35,648 bases of DNA from Methyloceanibacter sp. (GTDB lineage Bacteria; Pseudomonadota; Alphaproteobacteria; Rhizobiales; Methyloligellaceae), in assembly GCA_046481725.1 (NCBI GenBank), contig JAWOJH010000183.1:1-35648 (forward strand). The letters are read 5' to 3'. Below the pieces are notes generated by a model. The model had not been told where the DNA came from. It ran no database searches and saw only the letters and a list, made by a program, of their open reading frames with translations. Numbering within the stretch: position 1 is the first letter of the stretch; every line of letters starts with the position of its first letter. A program made the position numbers and the translations under genes. Shown in pieces: positions 1 through 9,195 of the stretch.

Positions 1-344
1 GGTTCTGCGGCCGGCAGAAGCAGATCATCGTGCATGACGGCTCGAACATCTCGCCGCAGGAGGTGGAGGATGCGCTGCTCGGGCATCCAACGGTCGAGAG
101 CGCGGGCGTGGTCGCCGTGCACGACGTGATGCATGGCGAGAATGTCCGCGCCTATGTCGAGCTGAAGCCGGGCGTGCCGGCGCCGAAAGCAGGCGAGCTG
201 ATCCAGTTCGCCAAGGCGCGGGTCGGCTACAAGGCGCCCGAAGAGGTCGTGTTTATCGACAAGATGCCGCTCAATCCGACCGGCAAGGTCGATCGGGTCG
301 CGCTGAAGAAGCTCGCCGCCGGCGACCACGCCCACCACGTCTAG
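1..344 (+). CDS. Acyl-CoA synthetase / AMP-binding enzyme, C-terminal part (5' truncated by window edge)
   Basis: Frame is open from the window start (FCGRQKQIIVHDGSNISPQEVE...). Contains the ANL-family A8-like GRxKQII and A10 PLNPTGKVDR motifs. Confidence 0.9.
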   Translation, partial: FCGRQKQIIVHDGSNISPQEVEDALLGHPTVESAGVVAVHDVMHGENVRAYVELKPGVPAPKAGELIQFAKARVGYKAPEEVVFIDKMPLNPTGKVDRVALKKLAAGDHAHHV

Positions 345-1928
345 TCATTCCACGATCAGCGCTTTTAGCGTGTCGAGCCGGTCAGCCTCCTCGGCGGGCT
401 TATCCCAGCGGATGCGGGCGATGCGGGGGAAGCGCATGGCCACCCCCGATTTGTGCCGCTTGGACTGGTGCACCGAGTCGAACGCCACCTCGAACACCAG
501 CTTGGGCTCGACCTGCCGCACCGGGCCGAAACTCTCCACGGTGTGATTGCGCACGAAAGCGTCGAGCTCGCGGAGTTCCTCGTCGGTGAAGCCGAAATAG
601 GACTTGCCGACCGGCACCAGCTCCGGCGCGCCGCCTTCGCCGTCGCGCCAGGCGCCGAACGTGTAGTCCGAATAGTAGGACGAGCGTTTGCCGCTGCCCC
701 GCTGCGCATACATCAGTACCGCATCGATGGTGAGCGGCGCGCGCTTCCACTTATACCAGTGGCCTTTCGGCCGCCCGGCGAGATAGGGGCTCGTCCGCCG
801 CTTCAGCATCAGCCCTTCAATGCCGGTCTCGCGAGCGCCTTCCCAAAGCGCCTCGAGCTCGGCGATCGAGCCGAAATCGACGATGTCGGAGATGTCGGTA
901 CGACGCGGCGCGTGGTTCCGGTGCCAAGCCTCGAGCCGCGCGCGGCGTTCGATGAAGGGGAGGGTGCGAAGATCCTCGCCCGCCTCGAACAGAATGTCGT
1001 AGAGGCGGATATGCGCCGGATGCGATTTCAGCATAGCGGCGGTCACGCTCTTGCGGTTTAGCCGCTGCTGGAGATCGTTGAACGGCGCGACCTGGCCGTC
1101 GCGCACCACCAGCAACTCGCCGTCGAGCGCCACGCCTTCCGGGATCGCCTCGATCGCGTCGGGGAAGGCGCCGGAGATGTCGTCCCCGGTGCGCGAAAAC
1201 AGCCGCCTCTCGCCGGCCTGATGCGCCGCCTGCACGCGGATGCCGTCCCATTTCCACTCGGCGGCGAATTCGTCGGGCTCGATGCTCTGAAGCTCGCGGT
1301 CCTCGATTTGATGCGACAGCATCAGCGGCCGGAACGTCGCCCGCGTGCCGGTCTCGGGCCGCGGTCCGGCCCCAGACAGCCAGGCGAACAGCTCTTGATA
1401 GGGCGGGGCGACGCAATGCCAGACCTCCTCGATCTCGGCGAGTGGCACGCTGGACCATTCGGCCAGCGCGGTCTTGGCCAGCCGCGCCGAGACGCCGACC
1501 CTGAGCGCGCCGGTGAGCAGCTTGAGCAGCGCCCAGCGCTGGGTGGCGTCGAGCTGGTCGAGCCAGCCGGAAAGCAGCTCGGGCACCTCCATCGGCAGCG
1601 CCGATTGCAAGGTCTCCACCACCAAGGCGAGGCGCGGCGGCGCGGCGGCCGCGCCGGCGCCTGGCCAGATCAAGGCGATGGTCTCCGCCGTGTCGCCGAC
1701 ATAGTCGCGCGACAGGTCGAACAGCACCGGATCGACGCGCGGGACGATAAGGCCGGTCAGAATGCGCCGGAGCGGCAGCCGGAAGAACAACCCATCGGTC
1801 AATGCGGCGAGGGCATAGCCGCGGTCCGGGTCCGGCGTGCCGGCGAAATATTCGGCCATCAGGCGGAGCTTGTCGTTGCGTGGCGGCGTGTAGGCCAGCC
1901 GGTCGAGCAGTTCGGCGAAGTCCTTCAT
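345..1928 (-). CDS. ATP-dependent DNA ligase (ligase-associated DNA damage response type)
   Basis: Motif I EWKWDGIR, motif III LDGEL, EGLMLK, WYKWK and C-terminal OB-fold GVAMRFPRI. 4-bp overlap with the upstream exonuclease. Confidence 0.95.
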   Translation of the reverse strand: MKDFAELLDRLAYTPPRNDKLRLMAEYFAGTPDPDRGYALAALTDGLFFRLPLRRILTGLIVPRVDPVLFDLSRDYVGDTAETIALIWPGAGAAAAPPRLALVVETLQSALPMEVPELLSGWLDQLDATQRWALLKLLTGALRVGVSARLAKTALAEWSSVPLAEIEEVWHCVAPPYQELFAWLSGAGPRPETGTRATFRPLMLSHQIEDRELQSIEPDEFAAEWKWDGIRVQAAHQAGERRLFSRTGDDISGAFPDAIEAIPEGVALDGELLVVRDGQVAPFNDLQQRLNRKSVTAAMLKSHPAHIRLYDILFEAGEDLRTLPFIERRARLEAWHRNHAPRRTDISDIVDFGSIAELEALWEGARETGIEGLMLKRRTSPYLAGRPKGHWYKWKRAPLTIDAVLMYAQRGSGKRSSYYSDYTFGAWRDGEGGAPELVPVGKSYFGFTDEELRELDAFVRNHTVESFGPVRQVEPKLVFEVAFDSVHQSKRHKSGVAMRFPRIARIRWDKPAEEADRLDTLKALIVE

Positions 1929-2938
1929 TGGTCTTCGTCCTCGCGGCCGATCAGCCTGAGCGCGCGGCCCTTGCGGCCGGTCGTCTGAATGTGATGCAGC
2001 AGCGCATCCTCACGCCCATGCGTGACCCAAACTTCTTCCGCGCTGGTCTCGGCGATGGTCGCGATCAATTCCGGCCAATCGGCATGGTCGGAGATCACCA
2101 GCGGCAACTCGACGCCTTGCTGCCGGGCGCGGGCGCGCACCCGCATCCAGCCCGAAGCGAAGGCCGTGACCGGATCGGGCAGCCGGCGCGACCAGCGGTC
2201 GGCGATCGCCGAAGGCGGCGCCAGCACGATTTCGCCCTTGAGTTCGTCCCGCGGGGCAGCGGTGGCTGGCTTCAATTCGCCGAGCCGCACGCCGAGCGAC
2301 TCGTATAGGGCGCAGCATGCGGCGAGCGCGCCATGCAGATAGATGGGCCGCGTGTAGCCCTGCGCGCGCAGCAGCGCGATCACCCGCTGACATTTGCCGA
2401 GCCCGTAGACGCCGACCACATGCGCGCGCTCGGGGAACCGCTCGCGCGATTTGAGCAGCTTCGTCACCTCCTTCGCCGCATCCGCATGCTGAAACACCGG
2501 CAGCGCAAACGTCGCCTCGGTGACGAACAAATCGCAGGGCACCAGCTCGAAGGGCGCACAGGTCGGGTCGGTGCTCCGCTTATAGTCGCCGGAGACCACC
2601 GCGCGGGCGCCCTTCCACTCGAGCAACACCTGCGCGCTGCCGAGCACATGGCCGGCGGGGAACAGCGTAACCGTCACCTCGCCGATGCCGAGCTTTTCGC
2701 CATAGGCGGCAGCCTGCGTCCCGCGCGTGGCCGCGCTGCCGAGCCTGGTCTGCATCACCGCGAGCGTCTCCGCGGTGGCGAGCACATGCTCGTGGCCAGG
2801 GCGCGCATGGTCGGAATGGCCATGAGTGACGATCGCCTGCTTCGCCCCGGCGGAAGGGTCGATATGGAAGCCGCCCGGCCGGCAAAAGAGGCCCTTGCGG
2901 TCGACCGTCAGCCAGGTTTCGAAGCGGTCAGGTTTCAT
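1925..2938 (-). CDS. Ligase-associated DNA damage response exonuclease (metallo-beta-lactamase / beta-CASP)
   Basis: THGHSDH, AGHVLGSA, SGDYK, TEATF and ISDHADW motifs. Start placed at ATG 2938 (ORF track extends to TTG 2992). Confidence 0.93.
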   Translation of the reverse strand: MKPDRFETWLTVDRKGLFCRPGGFHIDPSAGAKQAIVTHGHSDHARPGHEHVLATAETLAVMQTRLGSAATRGTQAAAYGEKLGIGEVTVTLFPAGHVLGSAQVLLEWKGARAVVSGDYKRSTDPTCAPFELVPCDLFVTEATFALPVFQHADAAKEVTKLLKSRERFPERAHVVGVYGLGKCQRVIALLRAQGYTRPIYLHGALAACCALYESLGVRLGELKPATAAPRDELKGEIVLAPPSAIADRWSRRLPDPVTAFASGWMRVRARARQQGVELPLVISDHADWPELIATIAETSAEEVWVTHGREDALLHHIQTTGRKGRALRLIGREDEDQ

Positions 2939-3108
2939 TTTTCCACAGTCCGTGTCGAACAAAGCACGGCCTTTGCCTACCTCAAGCTGCAAATTTCGAC
3001 CTGAGATTGAGCGCTCTCAGTTGCGGCCATCCGGGTTGCTAAACCTCATTTGGGCCTCGCGCCAGGGATGCAGCATAGTCGTGGCGATGCGGCGGGGCGG
3101 GGGCGCCC

Positions 3109-3876
3109 ATGCCTTGTGGCCTTGACAGCTTCGCGTTTTGCCGTCGCGCGAGCCGTGCCGGAGCAATGCTGCTCTTCGGCCTCTGCCTGCAAGCGCCGCC
3201 GGCATTCGCCTCGAACGATGCGCCCCGCGCCGAATATTTCACCGGCTTCGAATTGAGCGACAATTACGCTAGCGGCTATGTGGGCGGCGGCTATGCCTTC
3301 GGCAAGGCGGGCCTTTACGGGCCAGGCGTCCGCCTGCGTGCGGTCGGCGCCTATGGGCCCTACCATTATGACGGCATTCTGCGCAGCGGTGACGCCGATC
3401 TGCCCACGCGGTTCGACGGCGAGGCGGCCTACCTTGCCGCGCTGCTCGGCTACCAGTTCCAGCCGGGGCGTGCCATCGTCAAGCTGTTCGCCGGCATCGA
3501 AGCCGAGGACCAGCGCATTGTCCCGTTCGATCCGAACAATTCGGTGCAAGGCAGCGCGCTCGGTCTCAAGCTCCAGGCCGAGGGCTGGCTCGACCTCTCC
3601 GAAAGAGTATTTTTGTCCGCCGATGCCGCTTATGGCACCGCCTTTCAGCAATACTGGACGTTGGCGCGGCTCGGGTACCGGCCCCGGCCGCGCCTGTCGC
3701 TCGGTCTCGAGGGGGGCGCGCTCGGCAATGAAGAATATGACTCTGGGCGCGGCGGCGGCTTCGTGCGGCTGAACTTCCGCAATTTCGAGAGCACGCTGTC
3801 GGGCGGCTTCACCGGCAACTATTTGGAGGATGACCCGAGCTACTATTTCGCGCTCGGGCTCTACCGGCCATTCTGA
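3109..3876 (+). CDS. bcsS: Outer-membrane beta-barrel of the cellulose biosynthesis BcsS family
   Basis: Signal peptide (…APPAFA), Gly/aromatic-rich amphipathic strands, DPNNSVQG and LGLEGGALGN segments, C-terminal Phe. Start may be ATG 3166. Confidence 0.75.
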   Translation: MPCGLDSFAFCRRASRAGAMLLFGLCLQAPPAFASNDAPRAEYFTGFELSDNYASGYVGGGYAFGKAGLYGPGVRLRAVGAYGPYHYDGILRSGDADLPTRFDGEAAYLAALLGYQFQPGRAIVKLFAGIEAEDQRIVPFDPNNSVQGSALGLKLQAEGWLDLSERVFLSADAAYGTAFQQYWTLARLGYRPRPRLSLGLEGGALGNEEYDSGRGGGFVRLNFRNFESTLSGGFTGNYLEDDPSYYFALGLYRPF

Positions 3877-3900
3877 CTGTCTGGCTTGAGTGGGCGAAGT

Positions 3901-3930
3901 GCACTGCCGGCCCCGCTCCGGCAGTGCTTT
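3901..3930 (+). terminator. Hairpin downstream of bcsS, probable terminator
   Basis: Perfect 10-bp stem GCACTGCCGG/CCGGCAGTGC, 7-nt loop, followed by TTT. Confidence 0.55.
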
Positions 3931-4246
3931 GGCATCGTCAACCGCCGCCGGCGAGGCGGCATTGCCCTTTTTGGTCGTGCATCCTGTGTAGAGGGATGTC
4001 CAGGCTATCGGCCAGAGGACTCTCTCCGCAATCAAGATGACACGGAGGCGTCATGCAACGCAAACAAGAGTTCACGCTTACCCGCATTTCTTTTCTGCCG
4101 TGCAGATAGCGTTGAGACTTGACGTGCGGCGCCGGCGACACGGCGTGCTGAACGGCGCGGACGCAAAAAAGGACTCTGTGCAAACGGCGAATGCGCTGTG
4201 AGCAAAAATTTCGTTTGCGCGGTCAGAGGCTAACTCGGAGTCGAAC

Positions 4247-5467
4247 TCAAGGTGCCGCCTGCGTCGGCGGCTCGCTCGGCTCGGCCTCCTGCATCTTGGG
4301 CTCCGGCGGCTTGCTGTCCTTTGGCGATCCCGCGGCCCACCATTGCTCGAAGCGCCGGGTCAATTCGGCATTGTGCTTTTGCCACCACGCTTCGTCGAAT
4401 TTCAGCGCCTTCTGGAAATTTTCCGGGGCCGTGGGCAGGAAGCCGGCCATCTCCACGTCGATCACGGGGTGTTTGCCGACCAGGGCGAGGGCCGACCGGC
4501 GCATCGGGCCGTAGGCGATCAGCTGTGCTTGTGCGGCCAGCCGCGCCGGGTCGGTGGCGAAGGCAATGAAGCGCATCGCCCCCTCCTTGTTCCGCGCGTT
4601 TTTCGGGATCGCCCAAAGGTCGAGATCGTAGATCTGCCCGTCCCAGATGACGCCGAGCCGTTGCCGGTCGCCGACGGCGGCCCGGAAGATGCGCCCGCTA
4701 TAGCCGGCGGCCATCACGACTTCCTTTTCCAACAGCCAGCTGATGGGCTCCTGGGCACTGTCCCACCAATAGACGTCGTTCCTGATCTTATCCAAAGTCT
4801 TGAAGGCGCGGTCCACGCCTTCGGGCGTGGCAAGCTCTTGATACACATTCTCCGGCGCGACCCCATCGGCAAGCAGCGCCAACTCGAGCGTATGGCGCGG
4901 GCTGTTCGGCAATGCGCGCTTGCCGGGGAATTTCTTGGTGTCGAGCAGATCGGCGATTTGCGCCGGCTGATTCTTGCCCAAGGCTTGGCGGTCGAACAGG
5001 ATCGCCATGGACCAGGCCACGCTGGCGACCCCGCATTGGGACAGCGCACCCGAGTAGAAATCTTCCTCCACGCCTTCGCCGCCAGGCGCCGCGCTGAGGC
5101 TCGCAACTTCGATCGGCTCGAGCAGACCCTGGTCGCACAGCGCGCCGAGCGTGCCCGCGGAGACATCCACGACATCTACACTCGCCTCGCGCGCGCTGAT
5201 CAGTTCCTTGATCTTGGCCAGCGTCCCGTCATAGATCTCGGTGGCGATTTTGGTGCCGGTTTCCCGCGCGAAGGGCTCGAAAATGGCGATCTCCTGGGCT
5301 TGGCCATAGGCCCCGCCCCAGGTGACGATGCTTAAGCGGTCGTCGGCCCAGGCGCCGGCCGAAGCGCTGATCGCCACGACGAACGCCGCCGCCAATCCGT
5401 ACCGGCTGCCGAATCTGACGGCCACCGCGACGCTTTGGGGAGATGGCTGTTTGAATTGCCAGGTCAC
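4247..5467 (-). CDS. ABC transporter substrate-binding protein, polyamine (PotD/PotF-like) family
   Basis: Signal peptide, SIVTWGGAY, KFPGKRAL, LELALLADGV and WAIPKNA motifs. Pro/Glu-rich C-terminal tail. Confidence 0.88.
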   Translation of the reverse strand: MTWQFKQPSPQSVAVAVRFGSRYGLAAAFVVAISASAGAWADDRLSIVTWGGAYGQAQEIAIFEPFARETGTKIATEIYDGTLAKIKELISAREASVDVVDVSAGTLGALCDQGLLEPIEVASLSAAPGGEGVEEDFYSGALSQCGVASVAWSMAILFDRQALGKNQPAQIADLLDTKKFPGKRALPNSPRHTLELALLADGVAPENVYQELATPEGVDRAFKTLDKIRNDVYWWDSAQEPISWLLEKEVVMAAGYSGRIFRAAVGDRQRLGVIWDGQIYDLDLWAIPKNARNKEGAMRFIAFATDPARLAAQAQLIAYGPMRRSALALVGKHPVIDVEMAGFLPTAPENFQKALKFDEAWWQKHNAELTRRFEQWWAAGSPKDSKPPEPKMQEAEPSEPPTQAAP

Positions 5468-5483
5468 CGTCGTGTTCCCGAAC

Positions 5484-7298
5484 TCAGCGCGGCGAGACCT
5501 GAGTGGCGGCCGGGTTCGTCTGCACCGACCCTTCGCCGAGTGTCGGCCGGTCCGCTCTGCGAATGGCGGGGCGCGACAGCGGTCCGCTGATCGAGATGCG
5601 CGGCGGCGTGTCGACGCTCAGTTGTGAAGCCTTCAGCGGCTGCGCATCGGTGGCGACGAACAAGTGCCAATCGAGCGTTTGTTGTTTCAGATCGACGCCC
5701 CCCGAACCGGAAATCAGGCCACGGCGTGTTTGCATGTTGAACATGTCGCATGAAATATGGCCGCTATCGAGGCGGCACTCCGCCTGGAGCTGATCGTAGA
5801 CGCTGGCGCCGTTGCGGCTCCAGCCGTCGCCTTCGAGCGGCGGCGCTGCATTGAGCAGGCGGGCGAAATCCACCGGTACGGCGCCGTTGCGCGTATCGAG
5901 CTTGAAGACTCCGCTGAGGCTCTGCGCCAATTCCTCGAAATTCCGGCCCTCGGCCGTCAGTTCCGCCTTGAGCGCGCCGGTGCCGTTGACCGAGACCTCG
6001 GGGGCAAGCGGCGCCAGGCACGTCTCGACCGAAACGTCGGACAGGCTCGCCGTGACACTCGCCTTCGCCACATTTTCCCGAAGGTCGGCGCCGATCCGGC
6101 CGGCGGCCGAGCCTCCGCACAGCTCCAGTTCGCCCACTTCGCTCGCAACCACGCCGCCCTTGGCGGTGATGGTGAAACCGCCGCGCCCCAGCCGTAGCCC
6201 CGGCGCGGTGATATTGGCCGCCGAGACCCGTAAATCGGCATCGAAAAATTTGAGGATCGCCTGATCGGTGAGGCCGCCTTGAGCAACCTCCGGCTCGTCC
6301 GCCGCTCCGCCGCCGAAATAGGGATCGAGCGCCAGCCGGTCGAAGGCAAGCGTCCCTTCGAGACGCGGCCGTTCGCCCGGCGTGACGGCAAGCACCCCGA
6401 CCGCCTTATTGCCGTCGAGGCTGAACGCGCCGTCGTCGAGGGTGAACGTCGTGCCGTTCCAATGGCCGGTGCCCGACAGGGTCAGCCGTTGCAGGCTGTG
6501 GCCCGCCGGCAGCGGAACACCTGCCCAGTGGAGGAAGCGGCGGGCGTCCGGCGCTTCCACCTGCACATTGCCGTCGACCTCCAGGCTGTTTGCCAGCAGC
6601 GCCATGCCGGTGACCTTGGCCGTAACCGGCTTCGAGGTGACGCTAAGGCTGATCGGTACCTGAAGACTGTCGGCGGTTTGCGCGGGCGTGCCGCATTTCA
6701 GCACGAAGCCGACCTTTTCATCCCGGAGCACGAAGGTGCCGGAACTGGAAACCGACCCGTTGCCGGAACTTGCATCCAGGCGCACATCGACCTTGTCGAT
6801 CGTCTCGGTTCCACCGGCAGTTGGCATTCTCAGCACGCCGTCGCTCACCCGCACCACGCCGACCGGCGCGCCGGAAAGCAGATTGGTCACCCGCGCCTGG
6901 AGCGTGTGATCGGGACCCAGCACGAGAGAGGGAGCATCTTTCAGAACGATCTCCGGACCGTATAACCGAATGGCATCGATCCTTAGGCGTCCCATCAGCA
7001 GCGCCGCCACGTCGAGCGACACTTTCGCGTTTTCCGCGGTGATGGATTTCACCAATGGCAGGCGCGCGGCGTTCGTGAGCTCGAACCCGCCTTTGATGGC
7101 AACATCCGGGAAATAGCGCACGCGCAACGGTCCGGTCAGCTTGACCTCGCCGCCGGTCCAGTCCGACAGCACGTCGGTGATGCGTTGGGCGAGACGCGAC
7201 GAGTCGGCAAACTGCCGCGGCACCAGGACAAAACCGACGATCACGAGCGCAGCAAGGCCGAAGAGAGTCCACTTCCAAGGAATTTGGCGAGGCTTCAT
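5484..7298 (-). CDS. AsmA family protein
   Basis: N-terminal TM anchor (WKWTLFGLAALVIVGFVLVP), beta-rich body, LEGTLAFDRLALDPY, and C-terminal G.VDL…ISGPLSRP. Start placed at ATG 7298. Confidence 0.85.
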   Translation of the reverse strand: MKPRQIPWKWTLFGLAALVIVGFVLVPRQFADSSRLAQRITDVLSDWTGGEVKLTGPLRVRYFPDVAIKGGFELTNAARLPLVKSITAENAKVSLDVAALLMGRLRIDAIRLYGPEIVLKDAPSLVLGPDHTLQARVTNLLSGAPVGVVRVSDGVLRMPTAGGTETIDKVDVRLDASSGNGSVSSSGTFVLRDEKVGFVLKCGTPAQTADSLQVPISLSVTSKPVTAKVTGMALLANSLEVDGNVQVEAPDARRFLHWAGVPLPAGHSLQRLTLSGTGHWNGTTFTLDDGAFSLDGNKAVGVLAVTPGERPRLEGTLAFDRLALDPYFGGGAADEPEVAQGGLTDQAILKFFDADLRVSAANITAPGLRLGRGGFTITAKGGVVASEVGELELCGGSAAGRIGADLRENVAKASVTASLSDVSVETCLAPLAPEVSVNGTGALKAELTAEGRNFEELAQSLSGVFKLDTRNGAVPVDFARLLNAAPPLEGDGWSRNGASVYDQLQAECRLDSGHISCDMFNMQTRRGLISGSGGVDLKQQTLDWHLFVATDAQPLKASQLSVDTPPRISISGPLSRPAIRRADRPTLGEGSVQTNPAATQVSPR

Positions 7299-7433
7299 CC
7301 CGTGTCTGATCCACCCGTTTGGCGTCGGCCCAGGGACCCGGTCCCCGCCTATTTCCCATCGCGCCAAGAGTCCCGTCTTTCTAGCCCGGCCGGGGCCGGA
7401 TAGCGAGAGCAACCCGCGCAAATTTCTCAGCAA

Positions 7434-9080
7434 TTAGGACGTCCGCAAGGCCCATTCGGGGCCGGTTCCGGCCCGGTTACCGGGGGCTGTAGAAGCGCCG
7501 GGGCGGCTGCCGACGATGATCCCGTGCAACAGCAGGACCGGGGCGAGGCTGACCAGGACGATGGTCAGCGCGGAAAGGCCCGCCTCCTCGTAGCGGTAGA
7601 GCGAGACCAGCGTGAATACCTGGGTGGCCAGCGTATCGAAATTGAACGGCCTGAGCAGCAACGTCGCCGGCAATTCTTTCATCGAATCGACGAACACCAG
7701 CAGCGCCGCGGCGCCGAGCGCCGGCCTGAGCAGCGGCAGATGCACCTTGAGCAGGGTCTGGCTCACGCTCGAGCCGAGCGTCCGCGCCGCGGCGTCGACA
7801 TTACGCGACACCTTGCTCAACCCCGCCTCGACCGCGCCGAGCGAGGCGGCGAGAAAGCGGATCGTATAGGCGAGCACGATGGCGAAGGCAGACCCCGACA
7901 GCACCAGCCCGGTGGACACCCCAAATGCGGAGCGCATCAGCGAATCGACGAAGTTGTCGAGACCAGCCAGCGGAATCAGCAGGCCGATGGCGAGTACGGT
8001 GCCGGGCACCGCATAGGAAATGGCGGGCAGCGTGCTCGCTCCCTGGATGAGTGCCGAGCGCGTTTGCCGCCGCGCATAGGCCAGCACCACCGCGAAGACG
8101 ACCGCAAGCGCGGCTGCCGCAGCGGCAAGCAGCACGCTGTGCAACGCGGCCTGCCAGAACGCTGGCGCGAGCCCCGACGCCAGATAGGCGAAGGCATCGT
8201 GCAGCAGCACGGCCGCCGGCAGCAGAAAGCCGACCAGCACCGGCACGGCGCAGGCAATCGCCGCCAGCGCTCCGCGCAGGCCGCCGAGCCGTTCCTCCGG
8301 CAGGCCGCGATATTTGCCGGTGGTATGGTGGAAGCGGCGCCTGGACCGGAGCGCAAGCTCAATCAGAAGCAGGGAGAAAACGAAGAGCAGCACCACGCAG
8401 GCAAGCTGCGCCGCGCCGGCGAGATCGTTGCGGTCGAGCCACGTATCGTAGATCGCCACCGTCAAGGTTCGCACGCCGAGAAACTCGACCGCGCCGAGAT
8501 CGTTCAGGGTTTCCATCAGCGCCAGCGCGACCCCGGCCGCCAGCGCCGGCCTCGCCAGCGGCAGCCCGACTTGCCAAAAGGTCTGCGCCGCGGTGCGGCC
8601 GAGCGTGCGGCTCACTTCCAGCACGCAGACCGACTGCGCCATGAAGCTCGCCCGCGCGGTGATGTAGACGTAAGGGTAGAGTACCGCGCTCATCACCAGA
8701 ATGGCGCCGCCGAGGCTGCGGATATCGGGGAACCAATAGCTGCGCGCGTCGCGCCAGCCGAACAGTTCGCGTAAAGTGCTCTGCACCACGCCGGAATAAT
8801 CGAGCAGCTCGAGATAGGTGTAAGCGATGATATAGGTCGGCACCGCCAACGGCAGCAGCAGCAGCCATTGGAAATAGCGGCGTCCGGGAAAGCGGTACAT
8901 GGTGACGAGCCAGGCCGTGCCGGTGCCGATCACCAGCGACAACACGCCCACCCCGGTCATCAGCCCCACGGTGCGGCGCACCGCCCCGGGCAGCACATAG
9001 TCGATGAGATGCGGCCAGGTATCGCCGCTCGGCTTGAGCGCGATCACGGCGATGGCGGCGATCGGCAGCAGCGTGACCAC
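7434..9080 (-). CDS. fbpB: Fe(III) ABC transporter permease (FbpB/FutB); true start probably upstream of 9080
   Basis: Two permease repeats with EAA-like loops (LEVSRTLG, DAAARTLG) and KELPATLLLRPFNFDTLA. Frame stays open to 9245; the first TM helix begins upstream of GTG 9080. Confidence 0.92.
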   Translation of the reverse strand: MVTLLPIAAIAVIALKPSGDTWPHLIDYVLPGAVRRTVGLMTGVGVLSLVIGTGTAWLVTMYRFPGRRYFQWLLLLPLAVPTYIIAYTYLELLDYSGVVQSTLRELFGWRDARSYWFPDIRSLGGAILVMSAVLYPYVYITARASFMAQSVCVLEVSRTLGRTAAQTFWQVGLPLARPALAAGVALALMETLNDLGAVEFLGVRTLTVAIYDTWLDRNDLAGAAQLACVVLLFVFSLLLIELALRSRRRFHHTTGKYRGLPEERLGGLRGALAAIACAVPVLVGFLLPAAVLLHDAFAYLASGLAPAFWQAALHSVLLAAAAAALAVVFAVVLAYARRQTRSALIQGASTLPAISYAVPGTVLAIGLLIPLAGLDNFVDSLMRSAFGVSTGLVLSGSAFAIVLAYTIRFLAASLGAVEAGLSKVSRNVDAAARTLGSSVSQTLLKVHLPLLRPALGAAALLVFVDSMKELPATLLLRPFNFDTLATQVFTLVSLYRYEEAGLSALTIVLVSLAPVLLLHGIIVGSRPGASTAPGNRAGTGPEWALRTS

Positions 9081-9195
9081 GGAGATGAGGAGCGCCGCAG
9101 CCGCCCAGCCGAGACTGCCGCTCTGCCTGAGACGCCTCAGCCGGCTGCGCCAAGCGCTCCGCTCGCGGGGAACGCCAGGCCCTCCGGCGTCTCCG

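Noticed and set aside
3990-4040. Glycine riboswitch suggested by minus-strand GGAGAGA
   Set aside because: The other conserved elements (CCGAAG, CTCTCAGG) are missing and no gene lies downstream in that orientation.
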